A DNA stretch of 64,000 nucleotides from Thermosynechococcus sp. Its GTDB lineage: Bacteria > Cyanobacteriota > Cyanobacteriia > Thermosynechococcales > Thermosynechococcaceae. Positions within the stretch are counted from its first letter, which is position 1. Every line of letters starts with the position of its first letter. The notes beneath the pieces are model-generated. The model was not told the origin of the DNA. It made no database searches and saw only the letters and a list, made by a program, of their open reading frames with translations. The stretch is taken from NCBI RefSeq assembly GCF_046299655.1, contig NZ_JBKBHZ010000007.1, positions 7,370 to 71,369 of the forward strand, written 5' to 3'. The position numbers and the translations under genes are program-made. Shown piece by piece: positions 9,352 to 19,054 of the stretch.

Positions 9352-9612
9352 ATGACCTCAAATTCTGATATTTCAGGGAAGAAATTGGCAGCCGGCATTT
9401 GCGGTATCCTCTTGGGTACCCTTGGCATTCACAAATTTGTGCTTGGCTACAACACCGAGGGCTTGATCATGCTGCTGGTCAGCCTTTTGACCTGTGGTCT
9501 GGTTGCCCCTGTTATGGGCATTATTGGTCTGATTGAGGACATTATCTACCTCACCAAGAGTGATGAGGAGTTTTACAGAACGTACATTGCTAGCAAAAAA
9601 GGCTGGTTCTAG
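9352..9612 (+). CDS. TM2 domain-containing small membrane protein
   Basis: 86 aa with KKLAAGICGILLGTLGIHKFVLGY and two TM helices, typical of the TM2 domain. Confidence 0.8.
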   Translation: MTSNSDISGKKLAAGICGILLGTLGIHKFVLGYNTEGLIMLLVSLLTCGLVAPVMGIIGLIEDIIYLTKSDEEFYRTYIASKKGWF

Positions 9613-9742
9613 AAGCTAAAGGTTCTCCCCGCAGGGAAAATCAGGGGCAGTCGCTGGCCTGCTAAAATATCGGGCATGTCTCTACTTTTAGCAGTTATAG
9701 GTTAAGCACAGGATTTTTTGACATATCTAGTCTAGTTCAGCA

Positions 9743-11536
9743 GTGCCCTACGAACCCCTGCACCACAAATATCGTCCCCAGCGCTTTGCAGATCTGGTGG
9801 GTCAAGGGGCGATCGCGACCACCCTCACGCAAGCTCTGCTCAAGGAGCGCATTGCCCCTGCCTATCTCTTTTGTGGGCCGCGCGGTACGGGCAAGACCTC
9901 TAGTGCGCGAATTCTGGCGAAATCCCTCAACTGCCTGCGTAGCCCTAAACCTACTCCGCATCCCTGTGGTCAGTGCGAAGTATGTCGTCAGGTGGCCAAT
10001 GGCACCAGTTTAGATGTCATTGAAATTGATGCGGCTAGCCACACCGGGGTGGACAACATTCGCGAACTGATTGAGAAGGCGCAATTTGCTCCCGTGCAAT
10101 GCCGCTATAAGGTTTATGTGATTGACGAATGTCACATGCTCAGCGTGTCGGCCTTTAATGCCCTCCTCAAAACCCTCGAGGAGCCGCCGCCCCATGTGGT
10201 CTTTGTCCTTGCCACCACCGATCCGCAGCGCGTCCTGCCAACGATTATTTCCCGCTGTCAGCGCTTTGACTTTCGGCGCATTCCCCTTGAGGAGATGGTT
10301 GCCCACCTGCAGCACATTGCCCATAAGGAACAAATTGACATTGACCCCCAAGCCTTAACCCTCGTGGCGCAATTGTCCCAAGGGGGACTGCGGGATGCCG
10401 AAAGCCTTTTGGATCAGTTGAGCTTGTATCCAGAACGCATTACCGTCGAACATGTCTGGCAGCTCACAGGAGCCGTCCCTGAGCAGGATTTGCAGCAATT
10501 GTTGGGGGCGATCGCCCGTCGCGATGCGGTGGCGGTGCTTGAGCACACCCGCCAATTACTGGAGCGGGGTCGCGATCCGCTGACAATTCTGCAAAATTTT
10601 GCCGGTCTCTACCGCGATTTGCTCTTGGCAAAAACCGTCCCTGAACGGCAGGACTTAGTCGCCCTCACAACGGAAACTTGGCAGGCACTCATTGCCCTTG
10701 CTGAGACATGGTCCGTTGAAGAGATTCTGCAGGCTCAACAACATCTGCGCACCTGCGAAAGTCAAATCAAACAGAGCAATCAACCCCGTCTCTGGCTGGA
10801 AATTAGCCTTCTAGGGCTGATAAGGGAGACGGCACCACAATCCACTGTGGCAAATGTTACACCAATCACCAGTCCGAAACTGACAATTGTCTCCCGCGAG
10901 TCGCAAGCGGTTACTGCGCCTAACCCCCTCAAGGCATCGGAAGTTAAACAGGTTCAAACGAAAGACACTAAAGACACGGTTGCTCCAGCTTCTGAACCCA
11001 AGCCATCTCCTGAACCGCAAGTAAGTAATACCGAAGCTATTTGGGAGCAGGCGCTACAGGTTTTGCAGCAGATGCAAATGAGTACCTATGCGCTGCTCTC
11101 GCAACATGGTCACCTGCGACAAATTAGCGATCGCGAGGTGCACATCGGCATTGTCAATCAAACCCTGTTAAATCTGACGAAAAATAATCAAGCCAAAATT
11201 GAAGCCGCCTTTTCCAAAGTTCTAGGCCGTCCCATTAAGGTTTTCTTTGAGATTGCGCCCCCGTCCCACAAAGCTCCCCCTGCACCCCAAACAAAAGAGC
11301 CGCCATCCTCTGGCCTCGTTTCCTTTCGGCCACAGGAAGAACCACCACCACCCCCTACAGAATCACCCCCTGTGCCGCCGCCACCACCGCCCACTCCTGC
11401 GCCGAATGCTGTGCGGGAATCCGCTGAAAAACTAGCACGCTTCTTTAATGGGGTGGTCATTCGCTTTCCCGATGAAGCAGACACTCCAGACACTTCCATT
11501 GCCGACCTGTCTGAAGAGGATGAACTTGAGTTTTAG
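9743..11536 (+). CDS. dnaX: DNA polymerase III subunit gamma/tau
   Basis: 597 aa with a GTG start, Walker A GPRGTGKTS, a Cys cluster CGQCEVC, VYVIDECHML, the sensor motif and a Pro-rich acidic C-terminus. No intein is present. Confidence 0.92.
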   Translation: MPYEPLHHKYRPQRFADLVGQGAIATTLTQALLKERIAPAYLFCGPRGTGKTSSARILAKSLNCLRSPKPTPHPCGQCEVCRQVANGTSLDVIEIDAASHTGVDNIRELIEKAQFAPVQCRYKVYVIDECHMLSVSAFNALLKTLEEPPPHVVFVLATTDPQRVLPTIISRCQRFDFRRIPLEEMVAHLQHIAHKEQIDIDPQALTLVAQLSQGGLRDAESLLDQLSLYPERITVEHVWQLTGAVPEQDLQQLLGAIARRDAVAVLEHTRQLLERGRDPLTILQNFAGLYRDLLLAKTVPERQDLVALTTETWQALIALAETWSVEEILQAQQHLRTCESQIKQSNQPRLWLEISLLGLIRETAPQSTVANVTPITSPKLTIVSRESQAVTAPNPLKASEVKQVQTKDTKDTVAPASEPKPSPEPQVSNTEAIWEQALQVLQQMQMSTYALLSQHGHLRQISDREVHIGIVNQTLLNLTKNNQAKIEAAFSKVLGRPIKVFFEIAPPSHKAPPAPQTKEPPSSGLVSFRPQEEPPPPPTESPPVPPPPPPTPAPNAVRESAEKLARFFNGVVIRFPDEADTPDTSIADLSEEDELEF

Positions 11537-11557
11537 GGAATCTGGGCAGCTAGGTCT

Positions 11558-11917
11558 CTAGGCCTGATCTGGGGAGTTGACTGCTGAAAGCTGCAATAGA
11601 ACGTTTGGCGTTAAGGAAGACTGCAGCTGCGACTGTAACTCTGCCACCGCCGTCAAAAAGGTTGCCAAGTCTAGGCCGCTAAAGTTTGGATCGCATTGTT
11701 CAAGGCGCCGCCGCCCTTCCCCCAGTAGCAAAATTGCCCCCCGCTGGTTGCCCCGACTCAGGTGATAGCAGGCCACGGCAATTTGGAGCAAGCCTTGGTA
11801 AAACGTGCGCTCAGGTCCACTGGCCTCTAACCAGAGGGCTTCGAGGGTGTCGTGACAGGCATAGAATTCGCTGTTGTTGAATTGAGTAATGGCGAGGGCA
11901 AGCTCAGGACGCATCAT
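11558..11917 (-). CDS. DUF309 domain protein
   Basis: FNNSEFYACHDTLEALW is the DUF309 signature. The ORF extends to 11983, but that start would leave only 5 nt before the divergent thf1, so the internal Met (MMRPEL) is preferred. Confidence 0.7.
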   Translation of the reverse strand: MMRPELALAITQFNNSEFYACHDTLEALWLEASGPERTFYQGLLQIAVACYHLSRGNQRGAILLLGEGRRRLEQCDPNFSGLDLATFLTAVAELQSQLQSSLTPNVLLQLSAVNSPDQA

Positions 11918-11988
11918 TGATTGGGAAAGCGCAATGGGCGATAATAGTAAAGAATCATGACATTTTTTAACGAATATCGGCAAAGCTT

Positions 11989-12657
11989 GTGCAAAATCCT
12001 CGAACTGTCTCTGATACCAAACGCGCCTTTTATGCGGTTCACAGGCGACCCATTCACTCCATCTACCGCCGCTTTATCGAAGAGCTGCTGGTTGAAATTC
12101 ATCTGCTGCGCGTCAATGTAGAGTTTCGCTACTCTCCCCTTTTTGCCCTTGGGGTTGTTACCGCCTTTGACCAGTTTATGGAGGGGTATCAGCCGGCGGG
12201 CGATCGCGCCAGTATTTTCCATGCCCTCGGTGTCGCTGAGGAAATGAATCCGCAACAACTTAAGGAGGATGCCGCCAGTTGGCAACAGTACCAAGGCCGT
12301 CCCTTGAGTCAAATCCTTGAGGAACTCAACAGTGGTCAACCCAGTGCGCCCCTCAACAGCCTCAACCATGAGGGCAAGTATAGCCGCCTTCATGCGGTGG
12401 GACTCTATGCCTTCCTGCAGGAGCTGGCGGGGGATTTGACAACGAATCTCAACGAGACACTCGATCAACTCGCTCCCGTCATTAAGCTGCCAATCGAGAA
12501 AGTCAAGCGCGATCTCGAACTCTACCGCAGCAACCTCGACAAGATGAATCAGGCGCGTAGTCTGATGAAAGATCTGGTGGAGCAAGAACGCAAGCGCCGT
12601 GCTCAGGAGGCCTCTCCCTCACCCGCTGTGGATGCCAGTTCCGATGCTCCCGCTTGA
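11989..12657 (+). CDS. thf1: Thylakoid formation protein Thf1 / Psb29
   Basis: 222 aa, MQNPRTVSDTKRAFYAVHRRPIHSIYRRFIEELLVEIHLL..., the characteristic Thf1 N-terminus. Confidence 0.9.
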   Translation: MQNPRTVSDTKRAFYAVHRRPIHSIYRRFIEELLVEIHLLRVNVEFRYSPLFALGVVTAFDQFMEGYQPAGDRASIFHALGVAEEMNPQQLKEDAASWQQYQGRPLSQILEELNSGQPSAPLNSLNHEGKYSRLHAVGLYAFLQELAGDLTTNLNETLDQLAPVIKLPIEKVKRDLELYRSNLDKMNQARSLMKDLVEQERKRRAQEASPSPAVDASSDAPA

Positions 12658-13390
12658 TCCGCCTCAACTCATTACCCTCGATGCGGTCGGCACCCTCTTT
12701 GGCCTGCGGGAAGCGGTGGGCACAGTTTACGCCCGCTTTGCTGCCGCAGTGGGAGTTCATGTCGATCCCGCCACACTGGATGTGGCCTTCTTTAAGGCCT
12801 TTAAGGCTGCACCCCCCTGCGCTTTTCCAGAAGTTGGCGCGTCACAACGCGCAGAGGCCGAATTCAAGTGGTGGCAAGGGGTTGCGGCAGACACCTTTCA
12901 CCGTGCGGGGGTGCTGGATCAATTTGCGGATTTTGAGCGGTTTTTTGCGCCCATCTTTGCCTACTATGCCACGGCTGAACCGTGGTTCCTTTATGGGGAT
13001 GTCTTGCCTGCTTTGAAGGATTGGCAAGGGCAGGGCATTGCCTTGATGGTGGTGTCCAATTTTGATAGCCGTTTGTATGGTGTTTTAGACGCCTTGGGAT
13101 TAGCGCCGTTTTTCAAGCAGGTGTGGATTTCTAGTGAGGTGGGGGCGGCGAAACCGGATCGGCTGATTTTTGAGCGGGCAGTGGCTTCCTATCCAGCGTC
13201 TCAGGTCTGGCACATTGGTGATAGTTGGGAAGAGGATGTCCTTGGTGCCCAAGGGGCAGGACTGCAAGCGATTTGGCTGCGGCGCGATCGCCCCTTGCTG
13301 CCGGATCCCCCCCTGCCGCACACCCTCGCCGTGCCTCAAATTTCTGACCTTACAGAGGTGCAAGTTATACTGAGGGGAAGAGCGTCATGA
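12644..13390 (+). CDS. HAD-superfamily hydrolase
   Basis: Motif I-like ITLDAVGTLF, SNFD, and motif IV HIGDSWEEDV. The ORF track begins at 12599; ATG 12644 is preferred and overlaps the thf1 stop by 14 nt. Confidence 0.8.
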   Translation: MLPLDPPQLITLDAVGTLFGLREAVGTVYARFAAAVGVHVDPATLDVAFFKAFKAAPPCAFPEVGASQRAEAEFKWWQGVAADTFHRAGVLDQFADFERFFAPIFAYYATAEPWFLYGDVLPALKDWQGQGIALMVVSNFDSRLYGVLDALGLAPFFKQVWISSEVGAAKPDRLIFERAVASYPASQVWHIGDSWEEDVLGAQGAGLQAIWLRRDRPLLPDPPLPHTLAVPQISDLTEVQVILRGRAS

Positions 13391-14589
13391 CGGAAGCAGC
13401 GGTGAGAAGCCAAATTTGCATTCTCGGTGGTGGCTTTGGCGGGCTTTATACGGCTCTGCGCTTGGCGCAGTTTCCTTGGGCTTCGCCGCCAGAGATTACC
13501 TTAGTGGATCAGAGCGATCGCTTTGTGTTTACCCCCCTACTCTATGAGCTAATTACGGGGGAACTACAGGCCTGGGAAATTGCACCGCCTTTTGTGGAGT
13601 TGCTCAAGGAGACCCCAGTGGTCTTTCACCAAGACACAGTAACTGCGGTGGATTGGCAAACAAAAACGGTTCATCTGAGGGAGGGTAGTCCTCTGACCTA
13701 TGGGCAACTGGTTCTGGCCTTGGGGGGAGAAACCCCAAAGAATAGCATCCCTGGGGTAGCGGAGTACGCCCTGACCTTCCGAACCCTGAGCGATGCCTAC
13801 CGCCTTGAAGAGGCGCTGCAACGGTGTGAGCACTGCGATCGCGACCGCATTCGGGTTGTGGTGGTGGGTGCAGGGCCAAGTGGGGTGGAATTGGCCTGTA
13901 AACTCGCAGAGCGCCTAGGTAGCCGCGGGCGCATTCGTTTGGTGGATCGCAACAGCGAGATTCTCAAGTCTTCCCCCGCATTTAATCGCAAGGCGGCTCT
14001 GCGCGCCCTCGAAGACCGTGGGGTGTGGATTGATCTAGAGACAACCCCTGTGGCGGTAACAGCGGATCACATTTCGCTGCAATACAAAGACCGCGTGGAT
14101 GAGCTGCCTGTGGATATTGTGCTGTGGACGGTGGGGACAGCGGTTTCACCCGTGATTGCTGCCCTTGACTTGCCCAAAACAGCCACAGGGCGCCTTGAGG
14201 TGATGCCCACATTGCAAGTTGTGGATCACCCAGAGATTTTTGCCCTTGGGGATGCGGCGGATGCCGTGGATGAGCAGGGACAAGCAATTCCCCATACGGC
14301 CCAAGCGGCGTTTCAACAGGCGGATTATGCCGCCTGGAATCTTTGGGCCAGTCTCAGCGATCGCCCCCTCCTTCCCTGTCGTTATTCCCATCTCGGCGAG
14401 ATGCTCACCCTCGGCACGGATCGCGCCGCCCTAGCAGGGCTGGGGCTGACTTTGGATGGTCCTCTGGCCTATCTCGCACGGCGGTTAATTTACCTCTATC
14501 GCATGCCCACCCTCGATCACCAACTGAAGGTGGGGTTAAACTGGATGGCCAAGCCCTTTTTGGAGTTGTTGGCAGGGGTAGCGAACTAG
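13387..14589 (+). CDS. Type II NADH dehydrogenase-family flavoprotein (NDH-2; NdbB/NDC1-like)
   Basis: 400 aa with two dinucleotide-binding motifs, [14 protein letters not shown] and [12 protein letters not shown]. The ATGA overlap with the upstream HAD gene suggests translational coupling. Confidence 0.85.
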   Translation: MTEAAVRSQICILGGGFGGLYTALRLAQFPWASPPEITLVDQSDRFVFTPLLYELITGELQAWEIAPPFVELLKETPVVFHQDTVTAVDWQTKTVHLREGSPLTYGQLVLALGGETPKNSIPGVAEYALTFRTLSDAYRLEEALQRCEHCDRDRIRVVVVGAGPSGVELACKLAERLGSRGRIRLVDRNSEILKSSPAFNRKAALRALEDRGVWIDLETTPVAVTADHISLQYKDRVDELPVDIVLWTVGTAVSPVIAALDLPKTATGRLEVMPTLQVVDHPEIFALGDAADAVDEQGQAIPHTAQAAFQQADYAAWNLWASLSDRPLLPCRYSHLGEMLTLGTDRAALAGLGLTLDGPLAYLARRLIYLYRMPTLDHQLKVGLNWMAKPFLELLAGVAN

Positions 14590-14594
14590 AACGT

Positions 14595-15074
14595 GTGCGC
14601 ATTCTTGGCCTAGACCCCGGCTTAGCTGCCCTTGGCTATGGCTGCATAGAGATACACAACCACACCTGCCAAGTGTGTGATTTTGGCGTGATTACCACGC
14701 CTGCGGCTGCTCCCGTGGGCGATCGCCTCCAGAGTCTCTACAGCGATCTACACACCCTCATTCCCGCGCTCCAACCGGATTGGGTGGCTTTGGAGTGCCT
14801 CTTTTTCTACAAAATGAGTCACACAATTCTGGTGGCTCAAGCGCGGGGTGTGATTCTTTTAGTGCTCAGTCAACTCCACTGTCCCCTCATGGAATTCACT
14901 CCTCCCCAAGTGAAGCAAGCCCTCACCGGCTATGGCAACGCCGCAAAACGCGAGGTGCAACAGGCGGTGCAACGGGAACTCCATCTCAGCCACCTACCCC
15001 AGCCCGATGACGCTGCCGATGCCCTCGCGATCGCCCTCACCGCCAGCCGTTACTGCCACAACATCAACCGTTGA
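14595..15074 (+). CDS. ruvC: Crossover junction endodeoxyribonuclease RuvC
   Basis: GTG at 14595 gives [16 protein letters not shown] (catalytic Asp) followed by ...[12 protein letters not shown], 159 aa in total. The longer ORF from 14343 is an upstream extension overlapping the NDH-2 gene. Confidence 0.88.
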   Translation: MRILGLDPGLAALGYGCIEIHNHTCQVCDFGVITTPAAAPVGDRLQSLYSDLHTLIPALQPDWVALECLFFYKMSHTILVAQARGVILLVLSQLHCPLMEFTPPQVKQALTGYGNAAKREVQQAVQRELHLSHLPQPDDAADALAIALTASRYCHNINR

Positions 15075-15293
15075 CCAAGCCAGTTCCACGGCTTCACTGA
15101 GCCATTGGCGCGTTTGGCAATCCAGTAGGTCATCTTCTGCCAAAACCCATTCCTGCACCTGCGCTAAACTGTGCCCTTGGGCACGGCAAATGGCAATCAC
15201 GCCGGCGATCGCTGCCGCCACCACCTCTTCACTAACCGGCTGCTGGCTGAGGGCGGCCATTTCTTCAAGACTCCTTGGAATGGGATAATGCAT
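14994..15293 (-). CDS. Hypothetical small protein (about 100 aa)
   Basis: Internal Met of the 160 aa ORF ([25 protein letters not shown]...). Its last ~27 codons overlap the ruvC 3' end. No recognisable domain. The start coordinate is derived from the ORF frame. Confidence 0.35.
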   Translation of the reverse strand: MHYPIPRSLEEMAALSQQPVSEEVVAAAIAGVIAICRAQGHSLAQVQEWVLAEDDLLDCQTRQWLSEAVELAWSTVDVVAVTAGGEGDREGIGSVIGLG

Positions 15294-15405
15294 AGGGCAA
15301 CAGGGAAATTCTGAGAAATCGTAAACTCTCTTAAACTGTTTAGTACAGTGCAGTTTACGCCAAATTGTGCCCTTGTCAAGCTCCCTAGCAGGCCTTTGAA
15401 ACAAA

Positions 15406-17451
15406 ATGCAAGAACTCCTATACCTTGAGGTACCCACACCCGATACCCCAGCGGTCATTCGCTGGCTACACCACACTTTTCAGCCGCGCTTAGGCACCCT
15501 TGTCCCCAAAAGCAGCGGCGGCTGTTGGCAGGTTCCCAATACCACTACGGAACTGGCCATTTTCCTGTGGAGTCTGCAACGTACCACGTACCTCAAGGTG
15601 ATGCGCTGGGGAGAGCGGCCTTTTCCCCAAGAGCGTGCCTGTGTGCAACAGCTAGAGCGGGCGCTGCGTGTGGCCTTTCCCCTGCAACCTACGAATCTTC
15701 CCCCTTGGCCTGCGGGCCAGAGCATTTTTCAGGCCTTGGCCGATCGCTATCCGCTGACGGTGAAATACTTTCAACGCATGCCCAACGGCAAAGCGGATCT
15801 AGAGCGGGTCTATTGGTGGGAGCAGCGCTGGCGCCAAGGGGTTCAACAGCCCACTCCTCCTGTCCCTGTGTTGCACCGCGCAACGATCCCCTGTGATCCC
15901 CCCAGCTACGACTTGGTTTATGTGGGGGGAGCCTTGGGGGTGATCCATGCGGCAGTGATGGCGCAGTTGGGCTACCGAGTGCTGGTGATTGAACGGCTGC
16001 CCTTTGGCCGCATGAATCGCGAGTGGAATATCTCCCGCATGGAATTTCAGAGCCTGATTGATTTGGGGTTATTCACTGCCGCGGAGTTTGAGAGCCTCAT
16101 TGCCCGTGAGTACCGCGATGGCTTTAACAAGTTCTTTGATGCCACCACTCCTGCCCATTGCCGGGCACCCGTACTGCACACGCCCACCGTACTCAACATT
16201 GCCCTTGACTCGGCAAAACTCTTGCAGTTGTGCGGTGAGAAACTGCGCCAAGCAGGCGGTGAGATTTGGGATTGGACAGAATTTGAGAGGGGCACGATTC
16301 ATCCCAATGGGGTGGTGGTGCAAGCACAGCAGCGCCAGACCCAAGCCCAGCGCCAGGCGATCGCCCGTGTCCTCGTGGATGCGATGGGCACTGCCTCCCC
16401 CATTGCCCGCCAACTCAACGGCGGTCGAGCCTTCGAGAGTGTTTGTCCCACCGTGGGGGCAATTGTCAAGGGAATCCCGCCAGCGGTTTGGGATGGCGAC
16501 TACGGTGATGTGCTCTTTAGCCATGGCGATATTTCGCGGGGACGGCAACTGATTTGGGAACTGTTTCCAGGGGCAGGGGAAGAGCGTACGATTTATCTGT
16601 TTCACTACCACCACATTCAGCCAGCGTTTCCCGGCTCTCTGTTGGAACTCTACGAAGACTTCTTTGCGATTTTGCCGGAGTACCGCCGCTGCAATCTAGA
16701 GGAGCTGACCTGGGTAAAACCGACCTTTGGTTACATTCCCGGCCACTTTAGTCATCATTGGAGCGATCGCGCCGTGGCCTTTGATCGCGTCTTGGCGATT
16801 GGCGATGCTGCCTCACTCCAGTCTCCCTTGGTGTTTACAGGTTTTGGCTCGCTGGTGCGCAACCTGCCCCGCTTAACGGATTTGCTGGATACGGCCCTGC
16901 GTCACGACTTGGTGCAAAAGCAATTTCTCAACCAAATTCGCGCCTATCAGAGCAATACGGCGGTGACTTGGCTCTTTTCGCGAGGCATGATGGTGCCCAG
17001 CGATCGCCCCCTTCCCCCCCAGCGCGTCAATGCCATGCTCAATACCTTCTTTGGCATTCTTGGACAGGAGTCCCCTGAACTGGCGGATCGCTTTATTAAA
17101 GACCGCACTGGCTGGCTTGCCTTCAATCGCATGGCGCTGCGAGCCGCTTGGCAAAACCCCGGCCTCCTGTGGTGGATCTACGACATGGTAGGACCTTGGC
17201 ATCTGCTGCGTTGGTTGCGAAGCTACCTGAGTTTTAGTCTAGATGGCCTGTACCATGCTCTCTTTGGCAGTTGGTTGCCCCCCCTAGTGCGCCGTTGTCA
17301 AGGGTGGCTGGAACCCCTCGCCCCGCAACTCTGGTTTTGGCTTCTGGTGCAAAGCTATGCCCTGAGTTACTCCGTGGGGCAACCCCGCCTTGAGCGTCCT
17401 TTGGCACCTCTAACCATCGCCAGAGTTGATCAAGCAGTTTCCCCTCGCTAA
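15406..17451 (+). CDS. FAD-dependent oxidoreductase, CruA/CruP-like (putative lycopene-cyclase family)
   Basis: 681 aa with the Rossmann motif YDLVYVGGALGVIHAA and a hydrophobic C-terminus. The family call comes from remembered size and architecture of cyanobacterial CruA and is tentative. Confidence 0.6.
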   Translation: MQELLYLEVPTPDTPAVIRWLHHTFQPRLGTLVPKSSGGCWQVPNTTTELAIFLWSLQRTTYLKVMRWGERPFPQERACVQQLERALRVAFPLQPTNLPPWPAGQSIFQALADRYPLTVKYFQRMPNGKADLERVYWWEQRWRQGVQQPTPPVPVLHRATIPCDPPSYDLVYVGGALGVIHAAVMAQLGYRVLVIERLPFGRMNREWNISRMEFQSLIDLGLFTAAEFESLIAREYRDGFNKFFDATTPAHCRAPVLHTPTVLNIALDSAKLLQLCGEKLRQAGGEIWDWTEFERGTIHPNGVVVQAQQRQTQAQRQAIARVLVDAMGTASPIARQLNGGRAFESVCPTVGAIVKGIPPAVWDGDYGDVLFSHGDISRGRQLIWELFPGAGEERTIYLFHYHHIQPAFPGSLLELYEDFFAILPEYRRCNLEELTWVKPTFGYIPGHFSHHWSDRAVAFDRVLAIGDAASLQSPLVFTGFGSLVRNLPRLTDLLDTALRHDLVQKQFLNQIRAYQSNTAVTWLFSRGMMVPSDRPLPPQRVNAMLNTFFGILGQESPELADRFIKDRTGWLAFNRMALRAAWQNPGLLWWIYDMVGPWHLLRWLRSYLSFSLDGLYHALFGSWLPPLVRRCQGWLEPLAPQLWFWLLVQSYALSYSVGQPRLERPLAPLTIARVDQAVSPR

Positions 17452-17905
17452 CCTTAGGAACAAGGGTGTTGCGGAGAGAACCACGGTGAATGCGGCAGAG
17501 CAGGCAGTGACGGTGCAGATGGCCAGTAAATTGGGGGCGATCGTTCACCTGTTTAAGCAGTGCAATCCGGATCTGCGGGCAGACCTCCATCCTTGGGCCA
17601 ATGACCCCCACACCCGCCACTGGGTGGATCCGCATTCGATTGACATTGGCTTTCACCTCCCTGGTTGGAGTCGCCGCTGGCAGGCGCGCAGTTTACTCCT
17701 GCAAATCCGCTTCCATTCGGACGCAGACTCTCGCCAACGCCGTGCCATTGGTCTAGAGATTTTCGGTTTCAGCTACATGAGTGAGCAGTGGCGCTTCAGC
17801 ACTATTGCGCAGGGCGTGTTTAGTGGCCCCAATCTTCCCGCGCCAGAGCTGCGCCATCAACTGCGGACCATTAGCCATGAGATTATTACTCTCCTAAATA
17901 CGTGA
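17426..17905 (+). CDS. Hypothetical protein
   Basis: 159 aa ORF overlapping the upstream stop. Alternative starts lie downstream, for example Met at 17519. No domain recognised. Confidence 0.5.
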   Translation: MIKQFPLANLRNKGVAERTTVNAAEQAVTVQMASKLGAIVHLFKQCNPDLRADLHPWANDPHTRHWVDPHSIDIGFHLPGWSRRWQARSLLLQIRFHSDADSRQRRAIGLEIFGFSYMSEQWRFSTIAQGVFSGPNLPAPELRHQLRTISHEIITLLNT

Positions 17906-18573
17906 GTTTCCCAACCTCTCCGTCAATGTCAATGGCGCATCCAACCTTCTCGTTTTTGCTGGGAACCGTTGCTGCCCTGTTTCCGATTGCTGACCCCATT
18001 GGCGCCATTCCCATCTTTTACACCTTTACGGCAAAATATCCCGCCAAGTACCGTCATCAACAAGCGAAACAAATTGCCCGTAATGTCTTTGCCGTTTTAG
18101 TTGCATTTTTTCTGGGAGGCAAGTTTATCCTTGGCTTCTTTGGGATTTCCCTAGCCGTGGTTCGTATTGCGGGGGGGCTGATCGTAGCTCATACCGCTTG
18201 GCAGATGGTGACCTCTCATCAACGTTTAACGCTACAGGAGCACGCGGAAGCAATTGACAAAGAGGATATTACCTTTACGCCAATGGCCGTCCCTTTGATT
18301 AGTGGGCCGGGGGCGATCGGCGTAACCATGACCCTGTCAACCCGCTGCCAAAGGTGGGAAGAATACCTCGGTTGCCTGTTGGGAATTGGTCTGTTTAGCG
18401 GCATAGTCTACCTTTGTCTGTTTTTGGGCGAGCCGCTGGTGCGAAAATGGGGCCAAACGGGGATCGGGGCGCTAACCCGTATTCTGGGATTTTTCATTCT
18501 GGCGATCGCTGTACAGTTAATTGCCGACGGCAGTCTGGAATTCTTGAGCACAAATCAGAATCAAACTCGTTAA
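17902..18573 (+). CDS. MarC-family (UPF0056) membrane protein
   Basis: 223 aa with six hydrophobic segments. FPIADPIGAIPIF and ISGPGAIG are typical MarC motifs. A 4 nt start/stop overlap with the upstream ORF is present. Confidence 0.85.
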   Translation: MSFPTSPSMSMAHPTFSFLLGTVAALFPIADPIGAIPIFYTFTAKYPAKYRHQQAKQIARNVFAVLVAFFLGGKFILGFFGISLAVVRIAGGLIVAHTAWQMVTSHQRLTLQEHAEAIDKEDITFTPMAVPLISGPGAIGVTMTLSTRCQRWEEYLGCLLGIGLFSGIVYLCLFLGEPLVRKWGQTGIGALTRILGFFILAIAVQLIADGSLEFLSTNQNQTR

Positions 18574-18618
18574 ACTAGGCCATTAAAGACATCCACCTAG
18601 CTCTCGATCATTCCAGTC

Positions 18619-19038
18619 ATGCCCTTGCGCCTTTTTGTCTATGGCACCCTCAAACCCGGCTATCAACCCCACGAGGTCCTCTGTCGGCCTTGGCTGAGTG
18701 CCCATCAGCCGGCCTTGGTGAGAGGCCGCCTTTATCATCTGCCGATGGGATATCCCGCTCTCACGGCAGAGGAAGGTTGGGTACAAGGGGAATTATTGAT
18801 CTTTGAGAACCCCCCTGCCAATGTATTGGCGCGACTCGATGCCTTTGAAGGCTATAACCCCAGTTTGCCTGCCGACCAGAATGCCTACACTCGCCAAGAA
18901 GTGCCAGTGTATGACCTAAATCATCACCCCTTGGGGAGGGCATGGGCATACCTGATGAGGATTGAGGACGTGCGGGAGGTCAAGGGAGAATGGCTGCCGG
19001 CGGGGCTGTGGGATCGGCCAACGCATCTGCGAGCCTAG
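18619..19038 (+). CDS. Gamma-glutamylcyclotransferase (AIG2/GGACT-like) family protein
   Basis: LFVYGTLKPGY N-terminal signature; 139 aa. Confidence 0.8.
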   Translation: MPLRLFVYGTLKPGYQPHEVLCRPWLSAHQPALVRGRLYHLPMGYPALTAEEGWVQGELLIFENPPANVLARLDAFEGYNPSLPADQNAYTRQEVPVYDLNHHPLGRAWAYLMRIEDVREVKGEWLPAGLWDRPTHLRA

Positions 19039-19054
19039 ACTTAGACTTCTGAGC

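Noticed and set aside
9659-9694. 9 bp hairpin (ctgctaaaa ... ttttagcag) between the TM2 gene and dnaX, considered as a terminator or riboswitch
   Set aside because: It has an 18 nt loop and no following T-tract, and I recognise no conserved motif. The evidence is too weak to call.
9743-11536. Programmed frameshift site or intein in dnaX
   Set aside because: I saw no A-rich slippery heptamer followed by a hairpin inside the gene. The 597 aa product is colinear with intein-free DnaX.
14343-14594. Long N-terminal extension of ruvC (243 aa ORF)
   Set aside because: The extension overlaps the 3' end of the NDH-2 gene in another frame and is Arg/Ser/Pro-rich. RuvC homology begins at GTG 14595.
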